Shown: piece after piece, positions 1 to 8,955 of the stretch | Layout: each line of letters begins with the position of its first letter | Numbering within the stretch: position 1 is the first letter of the stretch | Source: Neisseria mucosa | GTDB taxonomy: Bacteria > Pseudomonadota > Gammaproteobacteria > Burkholderiales > Neisseriaceae | Reading direction: 5' to 3' | Length of the DNA: 32,000 nucleotides | Assembly: GCF_003044445.1 (NCBI RefSeq) | Contig: NZ_POWX01000013.1 | Location: 2,502-34,501, forward strand | Notes under the pieces: generated by a model | What the model was told of the DNA's origin: nothing | What the model saw: the letters and a program-made list of their open reading frames with translations, nothing else | Databases searched by the model: none | Translations under genes and position numbers: made by a program

Positions 1-35
1 TTTGCGCCAACATCATCACAAACCTTACAGCATGA

Positions 36-63
36 AGGTCGTCTGAAATTTTTCAGACGACCT
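36..63. terminator. Inverted DUS pair (AGGTCGTCTGAA ... TTCAGACGACCT) hairpin downstream of fixH
   Basis: Perfect 12-mer at 36-47 and its reverse complement at 52-63, followed by a T-run. It lies just 3' of the minus-strand CDS that ends at 83. Confidence 0.7.
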
Positions 64-82
64 TTTGAACGTGTCAAACAAA

Positions 83-652
83 CTATTGTCCTGAATCTTT
101 CGGTTTCTGATCGGCATTACCAAACAATTTGTCCATAGGGGTCAAATTGATCGCATTGCCTTGGCTGACGATCCATTTGTCTTCCACCCGCCAAACACCT
201 GAACTGTCTTCCACGCGCAGATACCAATGGTTGGTCGGTGTCAGGGGTTTGAAAGTTGCTTCATACTCCATACGGCCGTTTTGGGCTTCCGTACTGACGG
301 CGCGCAGTTTGACGGTTTGGTCTTCCGATTTTTTAGTCGGGTGCATCAAGAGAAGATTCAAAGGCTGCTTGGAATCGAATTCTCCGCTGACGAACACTTT
401 GGCAGCATCCTTATCCGGACTGATCAGCACTTGCACCTGTATATGACGCTTCACCGCTTCTTCATCGCGGTGAAGCTGGATGTCGATGTGTTTGCCGTCT
501 TTGTAATAGTCGTCCGTTACCAAGTCGGTTGTATGCTCTTTGGCAACAAAGAACATGGAGACACTGGCAATCACGACAAAAATAGGACCCGCCATCAATA
601 CCCACGGCCAAATGTGTTTGTACCAAGGTTTGACTTGTTTTTGCTCGGACAC
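83..652 (-). CDS. fixH: FixH-family protein (cbb3 oxidase maturation cluster)
   Basis: 189 aa with a single N-terminal TM segment (WPWVLMAGPIFVVIASVSMFFVA). It lies immediately downstream of ccoG with a 3-nt gap, the usual ccoG-fixH arrangement. Confidence 0.75.
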   Translation of the reverse strand: MSEQKQVKPWYKHIWPWVLMAGPIFVVIASVSMFFVAKEHTTDLVTDDYYKDGKHIDIQLHRDEEAVKRHIQVQVLISPDKDAAKVFVSGEFDSKQPLNLLLMHPTKKSEDQTVKLRAVSTEAQNGRMEYEATFKPLTPTNHWYLRVEDSSGVWRVEDKWIVSQGNAINLTPMDKLFGNADQKPKDSGQ

Positions 653-655
653 GTT

Positions 656-2176
656 TTATTCTCCGATAAAGGTTGCTTCTTCTTCCAAGATGATGGGTTC
701 ACCATCTGCTTTGCCGGTTTCGCGATAAGTGAAGGTAAACTCAATTGGATGGCTGCCCTTGTTTGCATATTCAGGAATAGTGGAAACTTGGACGGGAATG
801 GTCAACGTTTCGCGCGGTGCGATTTTTACGCCACCTTCCGGCAGTCCGGTCAGGGCAATTTCTTCAAAGCCTTTGACTGCCGCAGTCATCACTTGTTCGT
901 TTTCGCTATTGTTGATAATGCGCAGGTTGTAAGCGTTTTCCAGCCAACCTTTGCTGTTTTCGCGCACCATCACGCCGCGGTCTTTCAAAATATCGACTTC
1001 GACCATTTTACGGGTCGAAAGTCCGACCAAGAAAGCGATGATGACCACCAACAAAACAGCACCGTATCCCGCTACACGCGGACGTTTCAAGCGTTTTTTG
1101 ATGTCGCTTTCAGGATATTCGTGTTCCAACGCGCCTTCGGTCGTATAGCGTATCAAACCGCGCGGATAACCCATTTTATCCATGATTTCGTCACAGGCAT
1201 CGATACACGCCGCACAGCCGATACATTGGTATTGCAAGCCGTTACGGATGTCGATACCGACCGGGCAGACTTGGACGCACATGGCACAGTTAATACAATC
1301 GCCCAACCCGCTTTCTTCTTTATTGACGGTTTTCTTGCGTGCGCCGCGCGGTTCGCCGCGTTCGGCATCGTAAGAAATAATCAGCGTGTCTTTATCGAAC
1401 ATCGCACTTTGGAAGCGTGCATACGGACACATATGCAGACACACTTTCTCACGCATGATGTGGGCAAAGAAGAAAGTGACGAAGCCGTAGAACGCTGCGG
1501 CAAACATCGCTCCGCCACCTGCCATCCCGGTAAACAAGTCGGGAACAAACTGGCGGATCGGAACGAACCAACCGACAAAGGTAATACCTGTCCACGCGCA
1601 AAAGAGGAAAATCAGCAGGGCTTTAGTGGCTTTGATGCGGATTTTAGTGAAATTCCACGGCGATTTTTCCAGCTTCAGGCGTTTGTTGCGGTCGCCTTCA
1701 ACCAAGTTGTCGATCCACAGCATGATTTCGGTGTAAACCGTCTGCGGGCAGGAATAGCCGCACCACAAACGTCCGGCAATCGTCGTCCACCAAAACAGCC
1801 CGAAAGCGCAAATCATCAGCAACAGGGCGAGGTAAATCAAGTCGCCCATACCCAGCGACAATCCGAAAATGAAGAAATGTCGGTCCGGAATATTGAAAAG
1901 CACCGCCTGACGGCCGCTCCAGTTGAACCACGGAATCACATAAAACACAAACTGGGTCGCCAATACGGCGGCAATACGCAATTTGGCGAACCGCCCTTCC
2001 GCTTTTTTCGGATGGATGCGCTCGCCTTCCGGATGGATTTGAATCACGCTGGCTCTGGGATTAATCGGCTTGGGAGGCGCCATTTTCGCAGGTTTTGCCG
2101 GTTTTTCAGACGGCTCTTTGGGCGCAGCCGGCGTTTCTTCTGTGGCAGCGTTTTCAGCTTGGTTTTCTGTTGACAT
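656..2176 (-). CDS. ccoG: Cytochrome c oxidase accessory protein CcoG/FixG (membrane 4Fe-4S ferredoxin)
   Basis: 506 aa. It has the CPQTVYTE motif, multiple TM segments and two ferredoxin-type clusters (CINCAMCVQVCP, CIGCAACIDACD). Confidence 0.9.
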   Translation of the reverse strand: MSTENQAENAATEETPAAPKEPSEKPAKPAKMAPPKPINPRASVIQIHPEGERIHPKKAEGRFAKLRIAAVLATQFVFYVIPWFNWSGRQAVLFNIPDRHFFIFGLSLGMGDLIYLALLLMICAFGLFWWTTIAGRLWCGYSCPQTVYTEIMLWIDNLVEGDRNKRLKLEKSPWNFTKIRIKATKALLIFLFCAWTGITFVGWFVPIRQFVPDLFTGMAGGGAMFAAAFYGFVTFFFAHIMREKVCLHMCPYARFQSAMFDKDTLIISYDAERGEPRGARKKTVNKEESGLGDCINCAMCVQVCPVGIDIRNGLQYQCIGCAACIDACDEIMDKMGYPRGLIRYTTEGALEHEYPESDIKKRLKRPRVAGYGAVLLVVIIAFLVGLSTRKMVEVDILKDRGVMVRENSKGWLENAYNLRIINNSENEQVMTAAVKGFEEIALTGLPEGGVKIAPRETLTIPVQVSTIPEYANKGSHPIEFTFTYRETGKADGEPIILEEEATFIGE

Positions 2177-2500
2177 TTTCGGTGTTCCTTCAGGTGTTTT
2201 TCAGAGGCCTTTTATTCTGATTACTGGCTTGATTGGTTTTTCAGACGACCTTTTGTTTACGTCGGAATCATATCATTTGCACTTTATCAAAGCAAAAAGC
2301 CATCTTTAGCTTTTATATGCCGTCCGTCTTGATTTTTCTGTCGTTTCAGTCCGAAATCGGCGATATTCAAGCAGTTGCATATAACCGATAACACTATATT
2401 TATAGCCAATTGCTATATATCCGATAAAAATTTATAAACTACTGTTTCAAAACGAAATAACAGTTAATCTCATCTACTTTGTCTGTTTCAGACGACCCCT

Positions 2501-2658
2501 TATGCGGGCAACTTTTAAAACAGGACAAGGCGACGAAGCCGCAGACAGTACAGATAGTACGGAACCGATTCACTTGGTGCTTCAGCACCTTAGAGAATCG
2601 TTCTCTTTGAGCTAAGGCGAGGCAACGCCGTACTGATTCAAAGTGTTTCCACCAATAT
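2501..2658. mobile_element. Degenerate full-length Correia repeat-enclosed element (CREE) upstream of tkt
   Basis: The interior (CAGGACAAGGCGACGAAGCCGCAGACAGTACAGATAGTACGGAACCGATTCACTTGGTGCTTCAGCACCTTAGAGAATCGTTCTCTTTGAGCTAAGGCGAGGCAACGCCGTACTG) matches the canonical Correia core as I recall it. Both terminal TATAGTGGATTAAC inverted repeats are mutated (TATGCGGGCAAC / GTTTCCACCAATAT). Confidence 0.8.
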
Positions 2659-2770
2659 GCAGAAAGGTCGTCTGAAAGCCGCCCGCGTCCTTGAAAGCCT
2701 GCCCGAATCGGGCGATAATCAGCGGGATTTTCTTTAACGTTTCAAACCAATACAGCAAGGAAGGTACAAA

Positions 2771-4750
2771 ATGTCTCAACTGGCAAACGCAATCCGTTTC
2801 CTCTCGGCCGATGCCGTTCAAAAAGCAAATTCCGGCCACCCCGGCGCGCCGATGGGTATGGCCGAAATGGCGGAAGTATTGTGGACGAAATTCCTGCACC
2901 ACAACCCCGCCAACCCCAAATTCTACAACCGCGACCGCTTCATCCTCTCCAACGGCCACGCGTCCATGCTGTTGTACAGCCTGCTGCACCTGACCGGCTA
3001 CAACCTGAGCATTGAAGACCTGAAAAACTTCCGCCAGCTGCACAGCAAAACCCCCGGCCACCCCGAATACGGCTACACCGACGGCGTGGAAACCACGACC
3101 GGCCCGTTGGGACAAGGCATTGCCAACGCAGTGGGCATGGCATTGGCAGAAAAAATCCTTGCCGCCGAATTCAATAAAGACGGTTTGAACATCGTCGATC
3201 ACTACACCTACGTCTTCATGGGCGACGGCTGCCTGATGGAAGGCGTATCCCACGAAGCCTGTTCGCTCGCCGGCACCTTGGGCTTGGGCAAACTGATTGT
3301 TTTGTATGATGACAACAATATTTCCATCGACGGCAAAGTGGACGGCTGGTTTACCGAAAACATCCCGCAACGCTTTGAAAGCTACGGCTGGCACGTCGTT
3401 CCCAACGTAAATGGTCATGACACCGCCGCCATTCAAGCCGCCATCGAAGCTGCACGCGCCGAAACCGGCAAACCGTCCATCATCTGCTGCAAAACCTTAA
3501 TCGGCAAAGGCAGTGCCAACAAAGAAGGCAGCCACAAAACCCACGGCGCACCTTTGGGCGCGGACGAAATCGAAGCCACACGCAAACATTTGGGCTGGAC
3601 TTACCCCGCATTTGAAATCCCACAAGAAATCTATGCCGCATGGGATGCGAAAGAACAAGGTGCGAAACTGGAAGCGGAATGGAACGAGCTGTTTGCGCAA
3701 TACCAAGCCAAATATCCTGCCGAAGCCGCAGAATTTGTGCGCCGCATGGATAAAAAACTGCCGGACAATTTCGATGAATATGTTCAAGCCGCATTGAAAG
3801 AAGTGTGCGCCAAAGCAGAAACCATCGCCACCCGCAAAGCCAGCCAAAACAGCATCGAAATCCTCGCTAAAGAGCTGCCCGAACTGGTAGGCGGTTCTGC
3901 CGACCTGACCCCGTCCAACCTGACAGACTGGTCAAACAGCATCTCCGTTACCCGCGAAAAAGGCGGCAACTACATCCACTACGGCGTGCGCGAGTTCGGC
4001 ATGGGTGCCATCATGAACGGTCTTGCCCTGCACGGCGGCGTTAAACCGTTTGGCGCGACCTTCCTGATGTTCAGCGAATACGAACGCAACGCCCTGCGTA
4101 TGGCGGCACTGATGAAAATCAACCCCGTCTTCGTCTTCACCCACGACTCCATCGGTCTCGGCGAAGACGGACCGACCCACCAACCCGTCGAGCAAACCGC
4201 CACCCTGCGCCTGATTCCGAACATGGACGTATGGCGTCCGTGCGACACTGCCGAATCCTTGGTAGCGTGGGCTGAAGCAGCAAAAGCCAAAGACCACCCG
4301 TCCTGCCTGATTTTCAGCCGTCAAAACCTGAAATTCCAAGCGCGCAACGAACAACAACTGAACGACATCAAACGCGGCGGCTACGTCATCAGCGAAGCCC
4401 AAGGCAACGCCCAAGCCGTCATTATTGCTACCGGCTCAGAAGTCGAGCTGGCTTTGGAAGCGCAAAAAGCACTCGCCGCGCAAAACATCACCGTGCGCGT
4501 CGTTTCCATGCCGTCCACCAACGTGTTCAACCGCCAAGACGCCGCCTATAAAGCCGCCGTCCTGCCCGAAGGCCTGCCGCGCGTTGCAGTAGAAGCCGGA
4601 CACGCCGACGGCTGGTACAAATACGTCGGACTGAACGGCGCAGTCATCGGTCTCAACCGCTTCGGCGAATCCGCCCCTGCCGATCTGCTGTTCAAAGAAT
4701 TCGGCTTTACGGTGGACAATGTTGTCGATACTGTAAAATCAGTGTTGTAA
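2771..4750 (+). CDS. tkt: Transketolase
   Basis: 659 aa. It has the motifs [19 protein letters not shown] (TPP binding) and [16 protein letters not shown]. Confidence 0.97.
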   Translation: MSQLANAIRFLSADAVQKANSGHPGAPMGMAEMAEVLWTKFLHHNPANPKFYNRDRFILSNGHASMLLYSLLHLTGYNLSIEDLKNFRQLHSKTPGHPEYGYTDGVETTTGPLGQGIANAVGMALAEKILAAEFNKDGLNIVDHYTYVFMGDGCLMEGVSHEACSLAGTLGLGKLIVLYDDNNISIDGKVDGWFTENIPQRFESYGWHVVPNVNGHDTAAIQAAIEAARAETGKPSIICCKTLIGKGSANKEGSHKTHGAPLGADEIEATRKHLGWTYPAFEIPQEIYAAWDAKEQGAKLEAEWNELFAQYQAKYPAEAAEFVRRMDKKLPDNFDEYVQAALKEVCAKAETIATRKASQNSIEILAKELPELVGGSADLTPSNLTDWSNSISVTREKGGNYIHYGVREFGMGAIMNGLALHGGVKPFGATFLMFSEYERNALRMAALMKINPVFVFTHDSIGLGEDGPTHQPVEQTATLRLIPNMDVWRPCDTAESLVAWAEAAKAKDHPSCLIFSRQNLKFQARNEQQLNDIKRGGYVISEAQGNAQAVIIATGSEVELALEAQKALAAQNITVRVVSMPSTNVFNRQDAAYKAAVLPEGLPRVAVEAGHADGWYKYVGLNGAVIGLNRFGESAPADLLFKEFGFTVDNVVDTVKSVL

Positions 4751-4769
4751 ACATAAACCATCGCATCAA

Positions 4770-4809
4770 AGGTCGTCTGAAAACGGAAGATAAGGTTTTC
4801 AGACGACCT
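4770..4809. terminator. Inverted DUS pair hairpin downstream of tkt
   Basis: AGGTCGTCTGAA at 4770-4781 and TTCAGACGACCT at 4798-4809, followed by TTTTT. Confidence 0.7.
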
Positions 4810-5042
4810 TTTTCATTCAAAACTGCCAAAGCTGATTAAACGAAAAATCTAAATACCCATACAGCGGCGCAACCCTTTCTGCGCAAATGAAAGTAGCGTA
4901 GAAATGTTGGATAAAGCATCGTCTCCCCCTTCATTCCCGATAATCTTTCGCCATATCTTGAAAGCTGCACCGCCAAACCATAAAATCACGCCTTACCCAA
5001 TTTGATATAACTTATACATCCAACCCGTCTTACTCGCCAATC

Positions 5043-7055
5043 ATGATTACCCGCCTTGCCGCCTACCGGAAAACCCTCCTCACCTGCCTGATTTTATGGG
5101 TATCTATCGTCGCCGTTTTTTCCGCCGAACGTTTCTTCATGCTGCACCATTTTGTTTCAGACGACATCCGCAGCCGTTATGCGGGCGATTTGGCGGCTTT
5201 GTTTGTCAAAGGGCTGCTGTTCGACATTAAAATCGCTTCCATTACCGCCGCTTTCCCCTTCCTGATCGGGCTGTTCGGACTGACTTCGCAAAAAACCGCC
5301 GCCTTTACTCTCCGCCTCCTGCCTACCGTCGCAACCGTCCTCTCCCTGACACCCTTTGCCGCCGCGCTGGGCAACTGGTTCTATTACAGCGTTTACGACC
5401 GTCAATTTGACGTCTTCGTCTTCGGACTGGCGGAAGAAGACACCAGCGCCGTCCTGAAAACCGTCTGGTCGGACTATCCCGTTATTTCCTGTCTGGCAGC
5501 CTTGATTGCCGCAGCTTTCGTTTTTAGTAAAATGTTCAGCCTCATCCGCCGCAGCACCCGCTTTCAGACGACCTCATGGGGAAAAACCGCTTGGATTGCC
5601 GCCATCCTCTTGCCCACTCTTGCACTTGCCGCAGGCATACGCGGTTCGTTCGGCAAATTCCCCCTACGCCAGACCGCCATGCAGATTTCCGCCGCACCCC
5701 AAATCAACAAACTCGTCCCCAACGCCCTGACCTCACTAAGCTGGGCGGTCAACGAATACCGCAACAGCAACGACTTCCATCCCGTATCCGACGAAGACGG
5801 TAGCCGGCTCATCAGTACCCTGCTCGATAAAAAAACCAATGCCGACTTGACGCAGCTATTTGCTCAAACCGCCCCCAATCCCGCTGTCGAAAAACACCGT
5901 CCCAACGTCGTTTTCACCGTCATGGAAAGCATGAGCGCACACCTCTTGAACATGGATAATCCCGAACGTGATCTCTTGGGCGAACTGGGCAATCATTGGC
6001 AGCAAGACTGGGTATACCGCAAATTCGTTTCCGAGGGCGACGGCACCAGCGACTCCCTGCACCGCTTCTTCGTCCGTAGCCCGCGCCTCAACCTCAGCCA
6101 ATCCCTTGCCAAAAACAAAACCTTCCCCGGCAATATGTTCAACCCCTATCTCGATGCCGGCTACCGCGTCGTCTATATTACTGCGGGCAACGGCGGCTGG
6201 CGCGATTTCGACACCTTCCTGCGGCACTTGGGCGTCAATGAAATCATCGATGAAAACACCCTCAAAACCCGCTATCCCGAAGCAAAATCCGGCACATGGG
6301 GCGTACCCGACGAATTCATGTTCCGTTATGCCGAAGAAGAACTCGCGCGCGCCGAAAAAAGCGGCACACCCGTATTCATCATGATGATGTCCGTGACCAA
6401 CCATCCACCCTACCACCTGCCCGCACCGCACCAGCTCAAAAACTTCCGTTTGGAAGAACAAGAGCAAAAACGCCTTGCCAATCTCGCCTCAGGCAAAGAG
6501 TTGAATGAAATTTTCAACACCTTCCGATACAGCAACGACCAACTCGGACGCTTTATCGGCAAAGTGAAAACCATCGCACCCGACACCATTATTGCCGCCA
6601 CCGGCGACCACAATATGCGCGCCATCGGCTATCCCGAATCCGCCGATGCCGCACTCGGTCACAGCGTCCCCTTCTATCTTTACGTTCCGCAAGCCTACCG
6701 CGGCAGTGCCGAATACCATCCCGAACGCGCAGGTTCGCACAAAGATATCCTGCCGACCCTCTACAACTTAAGCCTGTCCAAAGCGCGTTACTACCAAACC
6801 GGTTGCAACCTCACCGCCCCGCAACCCGATTCCCCTTGGTGCGGCTACGGCTACAACCCCGAAGTCATCATCACCGAACGTGGCTTCTATCACCAACACA
6901 GCAAAGCATTCCACAAATGGGACAACCAAAACATCCAAACCGCCGAAAGCCGCCCAAGCACACCGGACGGCGAAGACCAAGCCATTATCCGCCGCGCCTC
7001 GGCATATACGCCGTTTCTTGAATGGCAGATCAACCGGATTGTCAGTACCCAATAA
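5043..7055 (+). CDS. LTA-synthase / sulfatase-family membrane phosphotransferase (alkaline-phosphatase superfamily)
   Basis: 670 aa. The N-terminal ~200 aa are polytopic membrane segments. The C-terminal domain has NVVFTVMESMSAH and ATGDHN motifs typical of sulfatase/LtaS/phosphoglycerol- or phosphoethanolamine-transferase folds. Confidence 0.75.
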   Translation: MITRLAAYRKTLLTCLILWVSIVAVFSAERFFMLHHFVSDDIRSRYAGDLAALFVKGLLFDIKIASITAAFPFLIGLFGLTSQKTAAFTLRLLPTVATVLSLTPFAAALGNWFYYSVYDRQFDVFVFGLAEEDTSAVLKTVWSDYPVISCLAALIAAAFVFSKMFSLIRRSTRFQTTSWGKTAWIAAILLPTLALAAGIRGSFGKFPLRQTAMQISAAPQINKLVPNALTSLSWAVNEYRNSNDFHPVSDEDGSRLISTLLDKKTNADLTQLFAQTAPNPAVEKHRPNVVFTVMESMSAHLLNMDNPERDLLGELGNHWQQDWVYRKFVSEGDGTSDSLHRFFVRSPRLNLSQSLAKNKTFPGNMFNPYLDAGYRVVYITAGNGGWRDFDTFLRHLGVNEIIDENTLKTRYPEAKSGTWGVPDEFMFRYAEEELARAEKSGTPVFIMMMSVTNHPPYHLPAPHQLKNFRLEEQEQKRLANLASGKELNEIFNTFRYSNDQLGRFIGKVKTIAPDTIIAATGDHNMRAIGYPESADAALGHSVPFYLYVPQAYRGSAEYHPERAGSHKDILPTLYNLSLSKARYYQTGCNLTAPQPDSPWCGYGYNPEVIITERGFYHQHSKAFHKWDNQNIQTAESRPSTPDGEDQAIIRRASAYTPFLEWQINRIVSTQ

Positions 7056-7074
7056 ATCTGTTTATAAACATCAA

Positions 7075-7102
7075 AGGTCGTCTGAAAAGTTTCAGACGAC
7101 CT
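7075..7102. terminator. Inverted DUS pair hairpin
   Basis: AGGTCGTCTGAA at 7075-7086 and TTCAGACGACCT at 7091-7102, followed by TTTTT. It starts 20 nt after the stop of the preceding CDS. Confidence 0.7.
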
Positions 7103-7213
7103 TTTTATACCCAAACCGCCTTTGCTATAACGGCATTTACTTCACTTATCAAACTTGCCCATAAAACATTTTAAACCTACAATGCCGCTGTTTATCACAT
7201 CTCCGAGCCAATC

Positions 7214-7993
7214 ATGTTTTTCGTTCTATCTCCCGCCAAAAACCTCAATGAAAAAGACCCCGCGCCCGTCAAAGAATTTACCCAACCCGACCTCTTGGCG
7301 GAAGCCGAAATCCTGATGCGCCAACTGCGTAAACTCGCCCCACAGCAAATCGCCGAGCTGATGCATGTCTCTGACAAAATCGCCCTCTTAAACGCCGAGC
7401 GCAACGCCGAATGGCATACGCCGTTTACCCTCGACAACGCAAAACAGGCAGTCTTTATGTTCAACGGCGACGTTTACGAAGGCATCGCTGCAGACACGTT
7501 AAAACCTGAACAAATCCAATATCTGCAACAACACGTCCGCCTGCTTTCCGGTCTCTACGGCGTCCTACGCCCACTGGATTTGATGCAGCCCTACCGCCTG
7601 GAAATGGGAACGGCGTTTGCCAACACGCGCGGCAAGAATCTGTACGAATTTTGGGGCGACACCATTACTAACCTGCTAAACGACACCCTTGCCCAAGCCG
7701 GCAGCGACACCTTGGTTAACCTCGCTTCGCAAGAATATTTCAAATCCATCAACACCCAAAAACTCAAAGCCCGCTTGATTACTCCCGTTTTCAAAGACGA
7801 AAAAAACGGCAAATACAAAATCATCAGCTTCTACGCAAAACGCGCGCGCGGACTGATGGTGCGCTATGCGGCGGAACACAATATCGCCGACCCGGAAATG
7901 CTGAAAAATTTCGATTACGAAGGCTACTCATTTAACGCAGCGGCGTCCAATGAGTCCGAATGGGTGTTCATGCGCAAAGAACAAACCAAGTAA
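7214..7993 (+). CDS. yaaA: Peroxide stress protein YaaA (UPF0246 family)
   Basis: 259 aa. The N-terminus [11 protein letters not shown] and the overall length are characteristic of YaaA. Confidence 0.85.
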   Translation: MFFVLSPAKNLNEKDPAPVKEFTQPDLLAEAEILMRQLRKLAPQQIAELMHVSDKIALLNAERNAEWHTPFTLDNAKQAVFMFNGDVYEGIAADTLKPEQIQYLQQHVRLLSGLYGVLRPLDLMQPYRLEMGTAFANTRGKNLYEFWGDTITNLLNDTLAQAGSDTLVNLASQEYFKSINTQKLKARLITPVFKDEKNGKYKIISFYAKRARGLMVRYAAEHNIADPEMLKNFDYEGYSFNAAASNESEWVFMRKEQTK

Positions 7994-8028
7994 AAACAAA
8001 AAACTAAATATTAACCCTAAAATTTCGC

Positions 8029-8057
8029 TTGGCAAACCCGACAAATTTTATTATTAT
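8029..8057 (+). promoter_or_regulatory. Sigma70-like promoter candidate for tRNA-Ser
   Basis: TTGGCA (8029-8034), a 17-nt spacer, then TATTAT (8052-8057). The -10 box ends 16 nt upstream of the tRNA 5' end. Confidence 0.4.
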
Positions 8058-8073
8058 TCCTGCTTCAAGAGAC

Positions 8074-8164
<91 letters not shown>

Positions 8165-8245
8165 TTTCTTGAAAACAGCAAAACCAAATAAAAATGAATT
8201 GAAGCCTTGTGCAACAGCATTTTTATTTGGTTTTACTTTATTCTA

Positions 8246-8339
8246 GGGAAACGTGGCAGAGAGGCTAAATGCAGTAGACTCGAAATCCGCTGAGGGTGCA
8301 AATCCTGCTCGAAGCTTCCCTAATCCCACCATATTGCCA
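8246..8339 (+). pseudogene. Decayed tRNA-Ser-like gene (CGA-type anticodon loop)
   Basis: The 5' half (GGGAAACGTGGCAGAGAGGCTAAATGCAGTAGACTCGAAA) parallels the upstream tRNA-Ser through the D arm and anticodon loop. The 3' strand of the anticodon stem, the T arm and the acceptor 3' strand no longer pair. Confidence 0.5.
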
Positions 8340-8467
8340 AATTAAAATAACAAGCTGCCGTAAAATGGTAGCTTTTTTGTTATCCGACTTATTGGTTTTT
8401 ATTGTGTGTTCACATAGAAAATATTCACCTGCCGTCACTTCTGATTAAAAACAACATACTATATAAA

Positions 8468-8509
8468 AGGTCGTCTGAAACCGTTTGACTCAACGTTTTC
8501 AGACGACCT
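8468..8509. terminator. Inverted DUS pair hairpin in low-GC spacer
   Basis: AGGTCGTCTGAA at 8468-8479 and TTCAGACGACCT at 8498-8509. Confidence 0.55.
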
Positions 8510-8589
8510 TATATATTACGCCCCGTGAAAGGGGCAATTAACCAAACTTAACAAACCCTTTTCATTAGCCAAGTGAAAGGGGCTTTTTT

Positions 8590-8811
8590 ATGTCAGCAAA
8601 CATTATTTTCAGTTCGTCTTACTGGCGAATATTCAAATCAAAAAATTCATGTGTTTTGTGCTTTTACCGATTCCAAGTAGGAAAATCCCATGAACTGGAA
8701 ACGCAAGAAACGTTTCCCGATTTATTGGAAACACTGAAACAAATAGATTCGGCAGGCTCTTACTATCCTGTCATTTTAACTTCGGACGGTTCGCCGTTTA
8801 TTGTTCTTTAA
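8590..8811 (+). CDS. Hypothetical small ORF in low-GC DNA at the prophage left flank (possibly a gene remnant)
   Basis: 73-aa ORF. The N-terminus is not convincing and I recognised no family. It ends exactly where GC content jumps at the prophage edge. Confidence 0.2.
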   Translation: MSANIIFSSSYWRIFKSKNSCVLCFYRFQVGKSHELETQETFPDLLETLKQIDSAGSYYPVILTSDGSPFIVL

Positions 8812-8864
8812 CAGTTTGTCGGAATGAAGGGCTTTCGGTCGCAGACCGTCGGACGCGCGCCAGC

Positions 8865-8914
8865 GCGGCAGACGGGAAGCGGCAGAAAGCCCCCCCCTTG
8901 ACTAACAGGGGGGG
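8865..8914 (+). promoter_or_regulatory. Iteron-like repeats and C8-N10-G7 hairpin upstream of rep
   Basis: GCGGCAGA occurs at 8865-8872 and 8879-8886. This is followed by C8 (8890-8897), TTGACTAACA, then G7 (8908-8914). The rep ATG is at 8956. Confidence 0.4.
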
Positions 8915-8955
8915 AGCAAAAACCAAAGCCCCGAAATTCCAAAAGAGGGGAGCAG

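Noticed and set aside
227-2173. 648-aa ORF on the + strand
   Set aside because: It lies entirely antisense to fixH and ccoG, which have clear family motifs. Its product is low-complexity and Arg/Phe/Val-rich. This is the typical shadow ORF of GC-biased coding DNA.
2612-3436. 274-aa ORF on the - strand, plus other antisense ORFs over tkt (2940-3143, 3480-3847, 3932-4414)
   Set aside because: These are antisense to transketolase. The N-terminal part of the 274-aa ORF also runs through the Correia remnant. No family features are present.
5856-6467. 203-aa - strand ORF and several 60-140-aa ORFs within 5157-7114
   Set aside because: All overlap the well-supported LtaS-family CDS in other frames or on the other strand, and their composition is biased.
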